The translations under genes were made by a program, and so were the position numbers. The notes under the pieces were generated by a model. That model was given only the letters and a program-made list of their open reading frames with translations, made no database searches and was not told where the DNA came from. From Balanoglossus misakiensis (lineage: Eukaryota > Animalia > Hemichordata), in the NCBI GenBank assembly GCA_040954595.2, contig CM082578.2:277740-341739 (forward strand): a DNA stretch of 64,000 bases, written 5' to 3'. This document shows positions 50,901 to 63,773 of this stretch, piece by piece (the stretch's first letter is position 1; every line of letters starts with the position of its first letter).

Positions 50901-53900
50901 GTGCCGGGGCTTTATCCAAGCCATGCCGTAGAAAATCTGACTTGATCACCGTTGCTAACGTACGCTAGTGTCTGTCATATTGTGACGGAGATTTAGCCGA
51001 GCCAGGTCGTAGAAAAATCGACTTGTTCAACGTTACCAGTGTGCAACTGTTTCTGCTCTAGAGTGTCAGGGTTTTAGCCGACTTATGCTGTAGGAAATCT
51101 GAGTTGATGAACGGGAATTCAATGTTAGAAAACCCGTGTGGAAAGTATCTCTACCCGTTTGAAACTAAGAAAAGAATTTATTCTTATTTATTTTGTAAAA
51201 AAAGACAATTTTTCGAAAAAAAGTTGAAAATGGTAATTTTGTCTTGGGTGATTCAAATTATACCGCCTTTTCTGGAATTTGCAGCACTTTTTGCAAGAGA
51301 ACGACACTTCATGCTCCATAATATTTCCGAAAATGAAGAAAAGAGTTAATTTTTTATGATTTTTCAAAAATTTACCATTTTTGTCAAAATATGGCCAAAA
51401 TGGCTATTTTTCTTGAATTCCGTCAATATCTCTGCATTTTTGGAGTGGTCGAGAGTTTTAACATACAATCAACATGTCATATATGATCAGGGCACCAAAT
51501 TCGAAGAACAAAGGTTTTTTTATTTTTTTTTCTAAAAATGACATTTTCAAGGAAAATTTGGTAAAACGCAATTTTGTCTGCAGTGAGCCAAATTAGACGG
51601 TCTTTTGTGGAATTTGTATCGATATATACATACGAAGAGCATTCTATACTCCATCAGATTTCCGAAAATGTAGAAAACAGGTATTTTTTGTAATTTTCAA
51701 AAATTTACCATTTTGACCAAATTGTGGCTAAAATTGTTATTTTCGTGATGAATGCCGCCAGTGTCACTGCTTTTAAAAGTCATAAAAACTTTTAACATAC
51801 AAGCAACTGTTTATATATGATCAGGTCACCGAATTAAAAATATAAAGAATGTTTTGCCTAAAAATGACCTTTTTGGTGCAAAAACGAATAAAACGCAATC
51901 TTGTATTAAATCAGTTCATTCAGAGTGCATGTTTTATAATAAGCACCATTTTTACATATAATGGAAATTTCATACATCATCAGATATCCAAATATGAAAA
52001 AATGATTTAGATTTTAGATGATTGTCCAAAATTAGCTGATATCTAATAAATGTAGTATTGAACCGTTCTGTCCCCCCCCCCCCCCTTACATTATATGCGG
52101 TACGCCGATGTCAGCTTACCCGGTAGTACTGCAGGCCGTGCCCCCAACTAACGTCGGTGTTTGGAACGCCCTGGTTAAATTCGGGCTTTCTCTATAAATT
52201 GACAGGCAATAATGCAGTCCTACCCGACCAAATGTCGAGTGTTGACCCGCTGTGACTTTCCCTCTTCGGTTTGCCCGACTTAGCCAACGTCTTTGTACTA
52301 GAGTGTCGGGTCTTTTGCAGAGCCAGGCCGAAGGAAATCCGACTTGATCACCGTTGCTAACGAACGCTAGTGTCTGTCATGGTGTGCCGGGGTTTTAGTC
52401 GAGCCAGGCCGTAGGAGATCTGACTTGATCATCGTGGTCAATGTACGCGTGTTTCCGCTCTAAAGTGCCGGGGCTTCAGCTAAACCAGGCCGTAGGAAAT
52501 CCGACGTAATCACCGTTGATAACTTACGCCAGTCTGTGTCATATAGAGCCGGTGCACCAGCCGAGTCACGCCGAAGGAAATCTGACTTGATCAACGTGGT
52601 CAATGTACGCGTGTTTCCGCTCTAAAGTGCCGGGGCTTCAGCTAAACCAGGCCGTAGGAAATCCGACGTAATCACCGTTGTTAACTTACGCCAGTCTGTG
52701 TCCTATATATAGTGCCGGGGCATCAGCCGTGCCAGGCCGATGGAAATGTGAGTAGATCAACGTGGTCTCTGTACGCGTGTTTCTGCTCTAGAGTGTCAGG
52801 GCTTTAGCAAAGCCATGCCGTAGGAAATCTGACTTGATCAACGTTGCTAACGAACGCTAGTGTCTGTCATAGTGTGCCGGGGTTTTATTCGAGCCAAGCC
52901 GTAGGAGATCAGACTTGATCAACGTGGTCTCTGTACGCGTGTTTCTGCTCTAGAGTGCCGGGGCTTTATCCAACCCATGCCGTTGAAAATCTGACTTGAT
53001 CACCGTTGCTAACGTACGCTAGTGTCTGTCATATTGTGACGAGATTTAGCCGAGCCAGGCCGTAGAAAAATCGACTTGTTCAACGTTATCAGTGTGCAAC
53101 TGTTTCTGCTCTAGAGTGTCAGGGTTTTAGCCGACTTATGCTGTAGGAAATCTGAGTTGATGAACGGGAATTCAATGTTAGAAAACCCGTGTGGAAAGTA
53201 TCTCTACCCGTTTGAAACTAAGAAAAGAATTTATTCTTATTTATTTTGTAAAAAAGACAATTTTTCGAAAACAAGTCGAAAATGGTAATTTTGTCTTGGG
53301 TGATTCAAATTATACCACATTTTCTGGAATTTGCAGCACTTTTTACAAGAGAACGACACTTCATGCTCCATCATATTTCCGAAAATGAAGAAAAGAGTTT
53401 TATTTTTTATGATTTTTTAAAAATGTACCATTTTGTCAAAATATGGCCAAAATGGCTATTTTTTCTTGAATTCCGTCAATATCTCTGCATTTTTGGAGTG
53501 GTCGAAAGTTTTAACATACAATCAACATGTCATATATGATCAGGGCACCAAGTTCGAAGAACGAAGGTTTTTTTATTTTATTTTTCTAAAAATGACATTT
53601 TCAAGGAAAATTTGGTAAAACGCAATTTTGTCTGCAGTGAGCCAAATTAGACGGTCTTTTGTGGAATTGGTATCGATATATATATACGAAGAGCATTCTA
53701 TACTCCATCAGATTTCCGAAAATGTAGAAAACAGGTATTTTTAGTAATTTTCAAAAATTTACCATTTTGACCAAATTGTGGTTAAAATTGTTATTTTCGT
53801 GTTGAATGCCGCCAGTGTCACTGCTTTTAAAAGTCATATAAACTTTTAACATGCAAGCAATTGCTTATATATGATCAGGTCACCAAATTAAAAAAATAAA

Positions 53901-56900
53901 GAATGTTTTGCCTAAAAATGACCTTTTTGGTGCAAAAACGAATAAAACGCAATTTTGTATTAAATCAGCTCATTCAGAGTGCATTTTTTATAATCAGCAC
54001 CATTTTTACATATAATGGAAATTTCATACATCATCAGATATCCAAATATGAAAAAATGATTTAGATTTTAGATGATTGTCCAAAATTAGCTGATATCTAA
54101 TAAATGTAGTATTGAACCGTTCTGTCCCCCCCCCCCCCTACATTATATGCGGTACGTCGATGTCAGCTTACCCGGCAGTACTGCAGGCCGTGCCCCCAAA
54201 TAACGTCCTTGTTTGAAACGCCCTGGTTAAATTCGGGCTTTCTCTATAAATTGACAGGCAATAATGCAGTCCTACCCGAACAAATGTCGAGTGTTGACCC
54301 GCTGCGACTTTCCCTCTTCGGTTTGCCCGACTTAGCCAACGTCTTTGTACTAATGTGTCGGGTCTTTTGCAGAGCCAGGCCGAAGGAAATCCGACTTGAT
54401 CACCGTTGCTAACGAACGCTAGTGTCTGTCATGGTGTGCCGGGGTTTTAGTCGAGCCAGGCCGTAGGAGATCTGACTTGATCATCGTGGTCAATGTACGC
54501 GTGTTTCCGCTCCACAGTGCCGGGGCTTCAGCTAAACCATGCCGTAGGAAATCTGGCGTAATCACCGTTGATAACTCACGCCAGTGTGTGTCATATAGAG
54601 CCGGTGCACCAGCCGAGTCACGCCGTAGGAAATCTGACTTGATCAACGTGGTCAATGTACGCCTGTTTCTGCTCAAAAGTGCCGGGGCTTTAGCTAAACC
54701 ATGCCGTAGGAAATCCGACGTAATCACCGTTGATAACTTACGCCAGTCTGTGTCATATAGAGCCGGTGCACCAGCCGAGTCACGCCGTAGGAAATCTGAC
54801 TTGATCAACGTGGTCAATGTACGCCTGTTTCTGCTCTAGAGTGCCGGGGCTTCAGCTGAGCCAGGCCGTAGGAAACCCGACGTGATTACCGTTGTTAACT
54901 TACGCCAGTCTGTGTCGTATATATAGTGCCGGGGCATCACCCGTGCCAGGCCGAAGGAAATGTGAGTAGATCAACGTGGTCTCTGTACGCGTGTTTCTGC
55001 TCTAGAGTGTCAGGGCTTTAGCAAAGCCATGCCGTAGGAAATCTGACTTGATCAACGTTGCTAACGAACGCTAGTGTCTGTCATAGTGTGCCGGGGTTTT
55101 AGTCGAGCCAAGCCGTAGGAGATCAGACTTGATCAACGTGGTCTCTGTACGCGTGTTTCTGCTCTAGAGTGCCGGGGCTTTATCCAACCCATGCCGTTGA
55201 AAATCTGACTTGATCACCGTTGCTAACGTACGCTAGTGTCTGTCATATTGTGACGAGATTTAGCCGAGCCAGGCCGTAGAAAAATCGACTTGTTCAGCGT
55301 TATCAGTGTGCAACTGTTTCTGCTCTAGAGTGTCAGGGTTTTAGCCGACTTATGCTGTAGGAAATCTGAGTTGATGAACGGGAATTCAATGTTAGAAAAC
55401 CCGTGTGGAAAGTATCTCTACCCGTTTGAAACTAAGAAAAGAATTTATTCTTATTTATTTTTTAAAAAAGACAATTTTTCGAAAACAAGTCGAAAATGGT
55501 AATTTTGTCTTGGGTGATTCAAATTATACCACATTTTCTGGAATTTGCAGCACTTTTTACAAGAGAACGACACTTCATGCTCCATAATATTTCCGAAAAT
55601 GAAGAAAAGAGTTTATTTTTTATGATTTTTTAAAAATGTACCATTTTGTCAAAATATGGCCAAAATGGCTATTTTTTCTTGAATTCCGTCAATATCTCTG
55701 CATTTTTGGAGTGGTGGAAAGTTTTAACATACAATCAACATGTCATATATGATCAGGGCACCAAATTCGAAGAACGAAGGTTTTTTTATTTTATTTTTCT
55801 AAAAATGACATTTTCAAGGAAAATTTGGTAAAACGCAATTTTGTATGCAGTAAGCCAAATTAGACGGTCTTTTGTGGAATTTGTATCGATATATATATAC
55901 GAAGAGCATTCTATACTCCATCAGATTTCCGAAAATGTAGAAAACAGGTATTTTTTGTAATTTTCAAAAATTTACCATTTTGACCAAATTGTGGTTAAAA
56001 TTGTTATTTTCGTGTTGAATGCCGCCAGTGTCACTGCTTTTAAAAGTCATAAAAACTTTTAACATGCAAGCAATTGCTTATATATGATCAGGCCACCGAA
56101 TTAAAAAAATAAAGAATGTTTTGCCTAAAAATGACCTTTTTGGTGCAAAAACGAATAAAACGCAATTTTTGTATTAAATCAGCTCATTCAGAGTGCATTT
56201 TTTATAATCAGCACCATTTTTACATATATTGGAAATTTCATACATCATCAGATATCCAAATATGAAAAATTGATTTAGATTTTAGATGATTGTCTAAAAT
56301 TAGCTGATATCTAATAAATGTAGTATTGAACCGTTCTGTCCCCCCCCCTACATTATATGCGGTACGCCGATGTCAGCTTACCCGGCAGTACTGCAGGCCG
56401 TGCCCCCAAATAACGTCGGTGTTTGAAACGCCCTGGTTAAATTCGGGCTTTCTCTATAAATTGACAGGCAATAATGCAGTCCTACCCGAACAAATGTCGA
56501 GTGTTGACCCGCTGTGACTTTCCCTCTTCGGTTTGCCCGACTTAGCCAACGTCTCTGTACTAATGTGTCGGGTCTTTTGCAGAGCCAGGCCGAAGGAAAT
56601 CCAACTTGATCACCGTTGCTAACGAACGCTAGTGTCTGTCATGGTGTGCCGGGGTTTTAGTCGAGCCAGGCCGTAGGAGATCTGACTTGATCATCGTGGT
56701 CAATGTACGCGTGTTTCCGCTCTGAAGTGCCGGGGCTTCAGCTAAAACATGCCGTAGGAAATCCGACGTAATCACCGTTGATAACTTACGCCAGTCTGTG
56801 TCATATAGAGCCGGTGCACCAGCCGAGTCACGCCGTAGGAAATCTGACTTGATCAACGTGGTCACTGTACGCCTGTTTCTGCTCTAGAGTGCCGGGGCTT

Positions 56901-59900
56901 CATCTGAGCCAGGCCGTAGGAAACCCGACGTGATTACCGTTGTTAACTTACGCCAGTCTGTGTCCTATATATAGTGCCGGGGCATCAGCCGTGCCAGGCC
57001 GAAGGAAATGTGAGTAGATCAACGTGGTCTCTGTACGCGTGTTTCTGCTCTAGAGTGCCGGGGCTTTATCCAAGCCATGCCGTAGAAAATCTGACTTGAT
57101 CACCGTTGCTAACGTACGATAGTGTCTGTCATATTGTGACGGAGATTTAGCCGAGCCAGGCCGTAGAAAAATCGACTTGTTCAACGTTACCAGTGTGCAA
57201 CTGTTTCTGCTCTAAAGTCTCAGGGTTTTAGCCGACTTATGCTGTAGGAAATCTGAGTTGATGAACGGGAATTCAATGTTAGAAAACCCGTGTAGAAAGT
57301 ATCTCTACCCGTTTGAAACTAAGAAAAGAATTTATTCTTATTTTTTTTCTAAAAATGACATTTTCAAGGAAAATTTGGTAAAACGCAATTTTGTCTGCAG
57401 TGAGCCAAATTAGATTGTCTTTTGTGGAATTTGTATCGATATATACATACGAAGAGCATTCTATACTCCATCAGATTTCCGAAAATGTAGAAAACAGGTA
57501 TTTTTTGTAATTTTCAAAAATTTACCATTTTGACCAAATTATGGCTAAAATTGTTATTTTCGTGTTGAATGCCGCCAGTGTCACTGCTTTTAAAAGTCAT
57601 AAAAACTTTTAACATACAAGCAATTGTTTATATATGATCAGGTCACCGAATTAAAAAAAATAAAGAATGTTTGGCCTAAAAATGACCTTTTTGGCGCAAA
57701 AACGAATAAAACGCAATTTTGTATTAAATAACCTCATTCAGAGTGCATTTTTTTTATAATCAGCACCATTTTTACATATAATGGAAATTTCATACATCAC
57801 CAGATATCCAAATATGAAAAAATGATTTAGATTTTAGATGATTGTCCAAAATTAGCTGATATCTAATAAATGTAGTATTGAACCGTTCTGTTCCCCCCCC
57901 CCCCCCTCCCCTACATTATATGCGGTACGCCGATGTCAGCTTACCCGGCAGTACTGCAGGCCGTGCCCCCACCTAACGTCGGTGTTTGAAACGCCCTGGT
58001 TAAATTCGGGCTTTCTCTATAAATTGACAGGCAATAATGCAGTCCTACCCAAACAAATGTCGAGTGTTGACACGCTGTGACTTTCCCTCTTCGGTTTGCC
58101 CGACTTAGCCGACGTCTTTGTACTAGAGTGTCGGGTCTTTTGCAGAGCCAGGCCGAAGGAAATCCGACTTCATCACCGTTGCTAACGAACGCTAGTGTCT
58201 GTCATGGTGTGCCGGTGTTTTAGTCGAGCCAGGCCGTAGGAGATCTGACTTGATCATCGTGGTCAATGTACGCGTGTTTCCGCTCTAAAGTGCCGGGGCT
58301 TCAGCTAAACCAGGCCGTAGGAAATCCGACGTAATCACCGTTGATAACTTACGCCAGTCTGTGTCATATAGAGCCGGTGCACCAGCCGAGTCACGCCGTA
58401 GGAAATCTGACTTGATCAACGTGGTCAATGTACGCCTGTTTCTGCTCTAGAGTGCCGGGGCTTCAGCTGAGCCAGGCCGTAGGAAACCCGACGTGATTAC
58501 AGTTGTTAACTTACGCCAGTCTGTGTCCTATATATAGTGCCGGGGCATCAGCCGTGCCAGGCCGAAGGAAATGTGAGTAGATCAACGTGGTCTCTGTACG
58601 CGTGTTTCTGCTCTAGAGTGTCAGGGCTTTAGCAAAGCCATGCCGTAGGAAATCTGACTTGATCAACGTTGCTAGCGAACGCTAGTGTCTGTCATAGTGT
58701 GCCGGGGTTTTAGTCGAGCCAAGCCGTAGGAGATCAGACTTGATCAACGTGGTCTCTGTACGCGTGTTTCTGCTCTAGAGTGCCGGGGCTTTATCCAACC
58801 CATGCCGTTGAAAATCTGACTTGATCACCGTTGCTAACGTACGCTAGTGTCTGTCATATTGTGACGAGATTTAGCCGAGCCAGGCCGTAGAAAAATCGAC
58901 TTGTTCAACGTTATCAGTGTGCAACTGTTTCTGCTCTAGAGTGTCAGGGTTTTAGCCGACTTATGCTGTAGGAAATCTGAGTTGATGAACGGGAATTCAA
59001 TGTTAGAAAACCCGTGTGGAAAGTATCTCTACCCGTTTGAAACTAAGAAAAGAATTTATTCTTATTTATTTTTTAAAAAAGACAATTTTTCGAAAACAAG
59101 TCGAAAATGGTAATTTTGTCTTGGGTGATTCAAATTATACCGCATTTTCTGGAATTTGCAGCACTTTTTACAAGAGAACGACACTTCATGCTCCATAATA
59201 TTTCCGAAAATGAAGAAAAGAGTTTATTTTTTATGATTTTTTAAAAATGTACCATTTTGTCAAAATATGGCCAAAATGGCTATTTTTTCTTGAATTCCGT
59301 CAATATCTCTGCATTTTTGGAGTGGTCAAAAGTTTTAACATACAATCAACATGTCATATATGATCAGGGCACCAAATTCGAAGAACGAAGGTTTTTTTAT
59401 TTTATTTTTCTAAAAATGACATTTTCAAGGAAAATTTGGTAAAACGCAATTTTGTCTGCAGTGAGCCAAATTAGACGGTCTTTTGTGGAATTTGTATCGA
59501 TATATATATACGAAGAGCATTCTATACTCCATCAGATTTCCGAAAATGTAGAAAACAGGTATTTTTTGTAATTTTCAAAAATTTACCATTTTGACCAAAT
59601 TGTGGTTAAAATTGTTATTTTCGTGTTGAATGCCGCCAGTGTCACTGCTTTTAAAAGTCATAAAAACTTTTAACATGCAAGCAATTGCTTATATATGATC
59701 AGGCCACCGAATTAAAAAAATAAAGAATGTTTTGCCTAAAAATGACCTTTTTGGTGCAAAAACGAATAAAACGCAATTTTGTATTAAATCAGCTCATTCA
59801 GAGTGCATTTTTTATAATAAGAAACCATTTTTACATATATTGGAAATTTCATACATCATCAGATATCCAAATATGAAAAAATGATTTAGATTTTAGATGA

Positions 59901-62900
59901 TTGTCCAAAATTAGCTGATATCTAATAAATGTAGTATTGAACCGTTCTGTCCCCCCCCCTACATTATATGCGGTACGCCGATGTCAGCTTACCCGGCAGT
60001 ACTGCAGGCCGTGCCCCCAAATAACGTCGGTGTTTGAAACGCCCTGGTTAAATTCGGGCTTTCTCTATAAATTGACAGGCAATAATACAGTCCTACCCGA
60101 ACAAATGTCGAGTGTTGACCCGCTGTGACTTTCCCTCTTCGGTTTGCCCGACTTAGCCAACGTCTTTGTACTAGAGTGTCGGGTCTTTTGCAGAGCCAGG
60201 CCGAAGGAAATCCGACTTGATCACCGTTGCTAACGAACGCTAGTGTCTGTCATGGTGTGCCGGGGTTTTAGTCGAGCCAGGCCGTAGGAGATCTGCCTTG
60301 ATCATCGTGGTCAATGTACGCGTGTTTCCGCTCTAAAGTGCCGGGGCTTCAGCTAAACCAGGCCGTAGGAAATCCGACGTAATCACCGTTGATAACTTAC
60401 GCCAGTCTGTGTCATATAGAGCCGGTTCACCAGCCGAGTCACGCCGTAGGAAATCTGACTTGATCAACGTGGTCAATGTACGCCTGTTTCTGCTCTAGAG
60501 TGCCGGGGCTTCAGCTGAGCCAGGCCGTAGGAAACCCGACGTGATTACCGTTGTTAACTTACGCCAGTCTGTGTCCTATATATAGTGCCGGGGCATCAGC
60601 CGTGCCAGGCCGAAGGAAATGTTAGTCGATCAACGTGGTCTCTGTACGCGTGTTTCTGCTCTAGAGTGTCAGGGCTTTAGCAAAGCCATGCCGTAGGAAA
60701 TCTGACTTGATCAACGTTGCTAACGAACGCTAGTGTCTGTCATAGTGTGCCGGGGTTTTAGTCGAGCCAAGCCGTAGGAGTTCAGACTTGATCAACGTGG
60801 TCTCTGTACGCGTGTTTCTGCTCTAGAGTGCCGGGGCTTTATCCAAGCCATGCCGTAGAAAATCTGACTTGATCACCGTTGCTAACGTACGCTAGTGTCT
60901 GTCATATTTTGACGGAGATTTAGCCGAGCTAGGCCGTAGAAAAATCGACTTGTTCAACGTTACCAGTGTGCAACTGTTTCTGCTCTAGAGTGTCAGGGTT
61001 TTAGCCGACTTATGCTGTAGGAAATCTGAGTTGATGAACGGGAATTCAATGTTAGAAAACCCGTGTGGAAAGTATCTCTACCCGTTTGAAACTAAGAAAA
61101 GAATTTATTCTTATTTATTTTGTAAAAAAGACAATTTTTCGGAAAATGTCGAAAATGGTAATTTTGACTTGGGTGATTCAAATTATACCGCCCTTTCTGG
61201 AATTTGCAGCACTTTTTACAAGAGAACGACACTTCATGCTCCATAATATTTCCGAAAATGAAGAAAAGAGTTAATTTTTTAAGATTTTTTTAAAATTTAC
61301 CATTTTTGTCAACATATGGCCAAAATGGCTATTTTTTCTTGAATTCCGTCAATATCTCTGCATTTTTGGAGTGGTCGAAAGTTTTAACATACAATCAACA
61401 TGTCATGTATGATCAGGGCACCAAATTCGAAGAACAAAGGTTTTTTTATTTTTTTTCTAAAAATGACATTTTCAAGGAAAATTTGGTAAAACGCAATTTT
61501 GTCTGCAGTGAGCCAAATTAGACGGTCTTTTGTGGAATTTGTATCGATATATACATACGAAGAGCATTCTATACTCCATCAGATTTCCGAAAATGTAGAA
61601 AACAGGTATTTTTTGTAATTTTCAAAAAATTACCATTTTGACCAAATTGTGGCTAAAATTGTTATTTTCGTGTTCAATGCCGCCAGTGTCACTGCTTTTA
61701 AAAGTCAGAAAAACTTTTAACATACAAGCAATTGTTTATATATGATCAGGTCACCGAATTAAAAAAATAAAGAATGTTTTGCCTAAAAATGACCTTTTTG
61801 GTGCAAAAACGAATAAAACGCAACTTTGTATTAAATCAGCTCATTCAGAGTGCATTTTTATAATCAGCACCATTTTTACATATAATGGAAATTTCATACA
61901 TCATCAGATATCCAAATATGAAAAAAATGAATTAGAAATATTTAAGATGATTGTCCAAAATTAGCTGATATCTGATAAATGTAGTATTGAACCGTTCTGT
62001 TCCCCCCCCCCTACATAACATGCGGTCTGCCGATGTCAGTTTACCCGGCAGTACTGCAGGCCGTGCCCCCAACTAACGTCGGTGTTTGAAACGCCCTGGT
62101 TAAATTCGAGCTTTCTCTACAAATTGACAGGCAATAATGCAGTCCTACCCGAACAAATGTCGAGTGTTGACCCGCTGTGACTTTCCCTCTTCGGTTTGCC
62201 CGACTTAGCCAACGTCTTTGTACTAGAGTGTCAGGTCTTTTGCAGAGCCAGGCCGAAGGAAATCCGACTTGATCACCGTTGCTAACGAACGCTAGTGTCT
62301 GTCATGGTGTGCCGGGGTTTTAGTCGAGCCAGGCCGTAGGAGATCTGACTTGATCATCGTGGTCAATGTACGCGTGTTTCCGCTCTAAAGTGCCGGGGCT
62401 TCAGCTAAACCAGGCCGTAGGAAATCCGACGTAATCACCGTTGATAACTTACGCCAGTCTGTGTCATATAGAGCCGGTGCACCAGCCGAGTCACGCCGTA
62501 GGAAATCTGACTTGATCAACGTGGTCAATGTACGCCTGTTTCTGCTCTAGAGTGCCGGGGCTTCAGCTGAGCCAGGCCGTAGGAAACCCGACGTGATTAC
62601 CGTTGTTAACTTACGCCAGTCTGTGTCCTATATATAGTGCCGGGGCATCAGCCGTGCCAGGCCGAAGGAAATGTGAGTAGATCAACGTGGTCTCTGTACG
62701 CGTGTTTCTGCTCTACAGTGCCAGGGCTTTAGCCAAGCCATGCCGTAGGAAATCTGACTTGATCAACGTTGCTAACGAACGCTAGTGTCTGTCATAGTGT
62801 GCCGGGGTTTCAGTTGAGCCAAGCCGTAGGAGATCAGACTTGATCAACCTGGTCTCTGTACGCGTGTTTCTGCTCTAGAGTGCCGGGGCTTTATCCAAGC

Positions 62901-63018
62901 CATGCCGTAGAAAATCTGACTTGATCACCGTTGCTAACGTACGCTAGTGTCTGTCATATTGTGACGGAGATTTAGCCGAGCCAGGCCCTAGAAAAATCGA
63001 CTTGTTCAACGTTACCAG

Positions 63019-63405
63019 TGTAGTAACCTCGATGTGCCGTCTCAAATGGCGCCCTAATTCACATCAAAGGCCACAGGGTTCTATAGTATTTGCCGTTAAC
63101 TAACTGGAGCTCACCATCGCCGACGAACATTCCTTGTCAGATGTCACATAAAACGCTGCTCGGAACTTTACACGAACATTTAATGACTGAACATACAACA
63201 CTGGCACTGGATGATGCGTCGCGGTGGTTGAAGTTTCCGTAGAAAACTGGCAAAAATCCCCAGGCTAACTGTGCAAAAGTCCTCACATGTGCGCCATGGA
63301 ATTTTCCAGATATTTTCTAAACAAAAGCGCATGCGCTAATGTACTCACAGCGCGAGGGCGCTAGACTAAATATTTCAGTTTCTCTAAGAACTGGGCGTCC
63401 TTACA
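63019..63405 (-). repeat. 3' LTR (~387 bp) of BEL/Pao element 2
   Basis: Minus strand starts TGTAAGGAC immediately after the PPT and ends ...GGTTACTACA at the satellite boundary (TGTA...TACA termini). Confidence 0.8.
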
Positions 63406-63773
63406 CCAGCCCCCAAATTGTTCATGAAAAAACATTAACAATTTCCATCCTAGCAAATTCAAAACGCCAACATCCATATGTGCCGAAATTACATATCAAA
63501 TAGAAATTACAAAACAATATCTATAAATATCTCGAAACGCGAAGTCGAAAGTTTTTCAGGAAACGCGAATACAAGAATCCTTTTCTTCATGAATGTGATG
63601 ATACATCCTTGACCATGCCCAGACCTCGTCCGGTCAATCATGCTGCCAAGCATGATATCCAACACATCTGTACTTCAAAGATGAGATCAAACGCTGGACG
63701 TAGTGGATAGACTGGCCACTACTTGAGATCGTTGTTATTACAGCTGCTGGTAACTGCAACCATACCAATACCA

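Larger units (their letters stand above)
32429..63018 (-). repeat. Macrosatellite, reverse-orientation arm (~15 units, no TE insertions)
   Basis: Poly-C tracts at ~33947, 35997, 37882, 39934, 41985, 44201, 46087, 47971, 50020, 52072, 54126, 56340, 57893, 59951 and 62002. The sequence is the reverse complement of the forward units. Confidence 0.97.

Noticed and set aside
865-61964. Dozens of recurrent 60-97 aa ORFs (MESISTRLKL..., MSKYGQNGYF..., MFCLKMTF..., MNRSV...) as a tandem gene family
   Set aside because: They mostly start at GTG/TTG, are frameshifted by homopolymer length changes between units, and show no domain signatures. They are by-products of the satellite.
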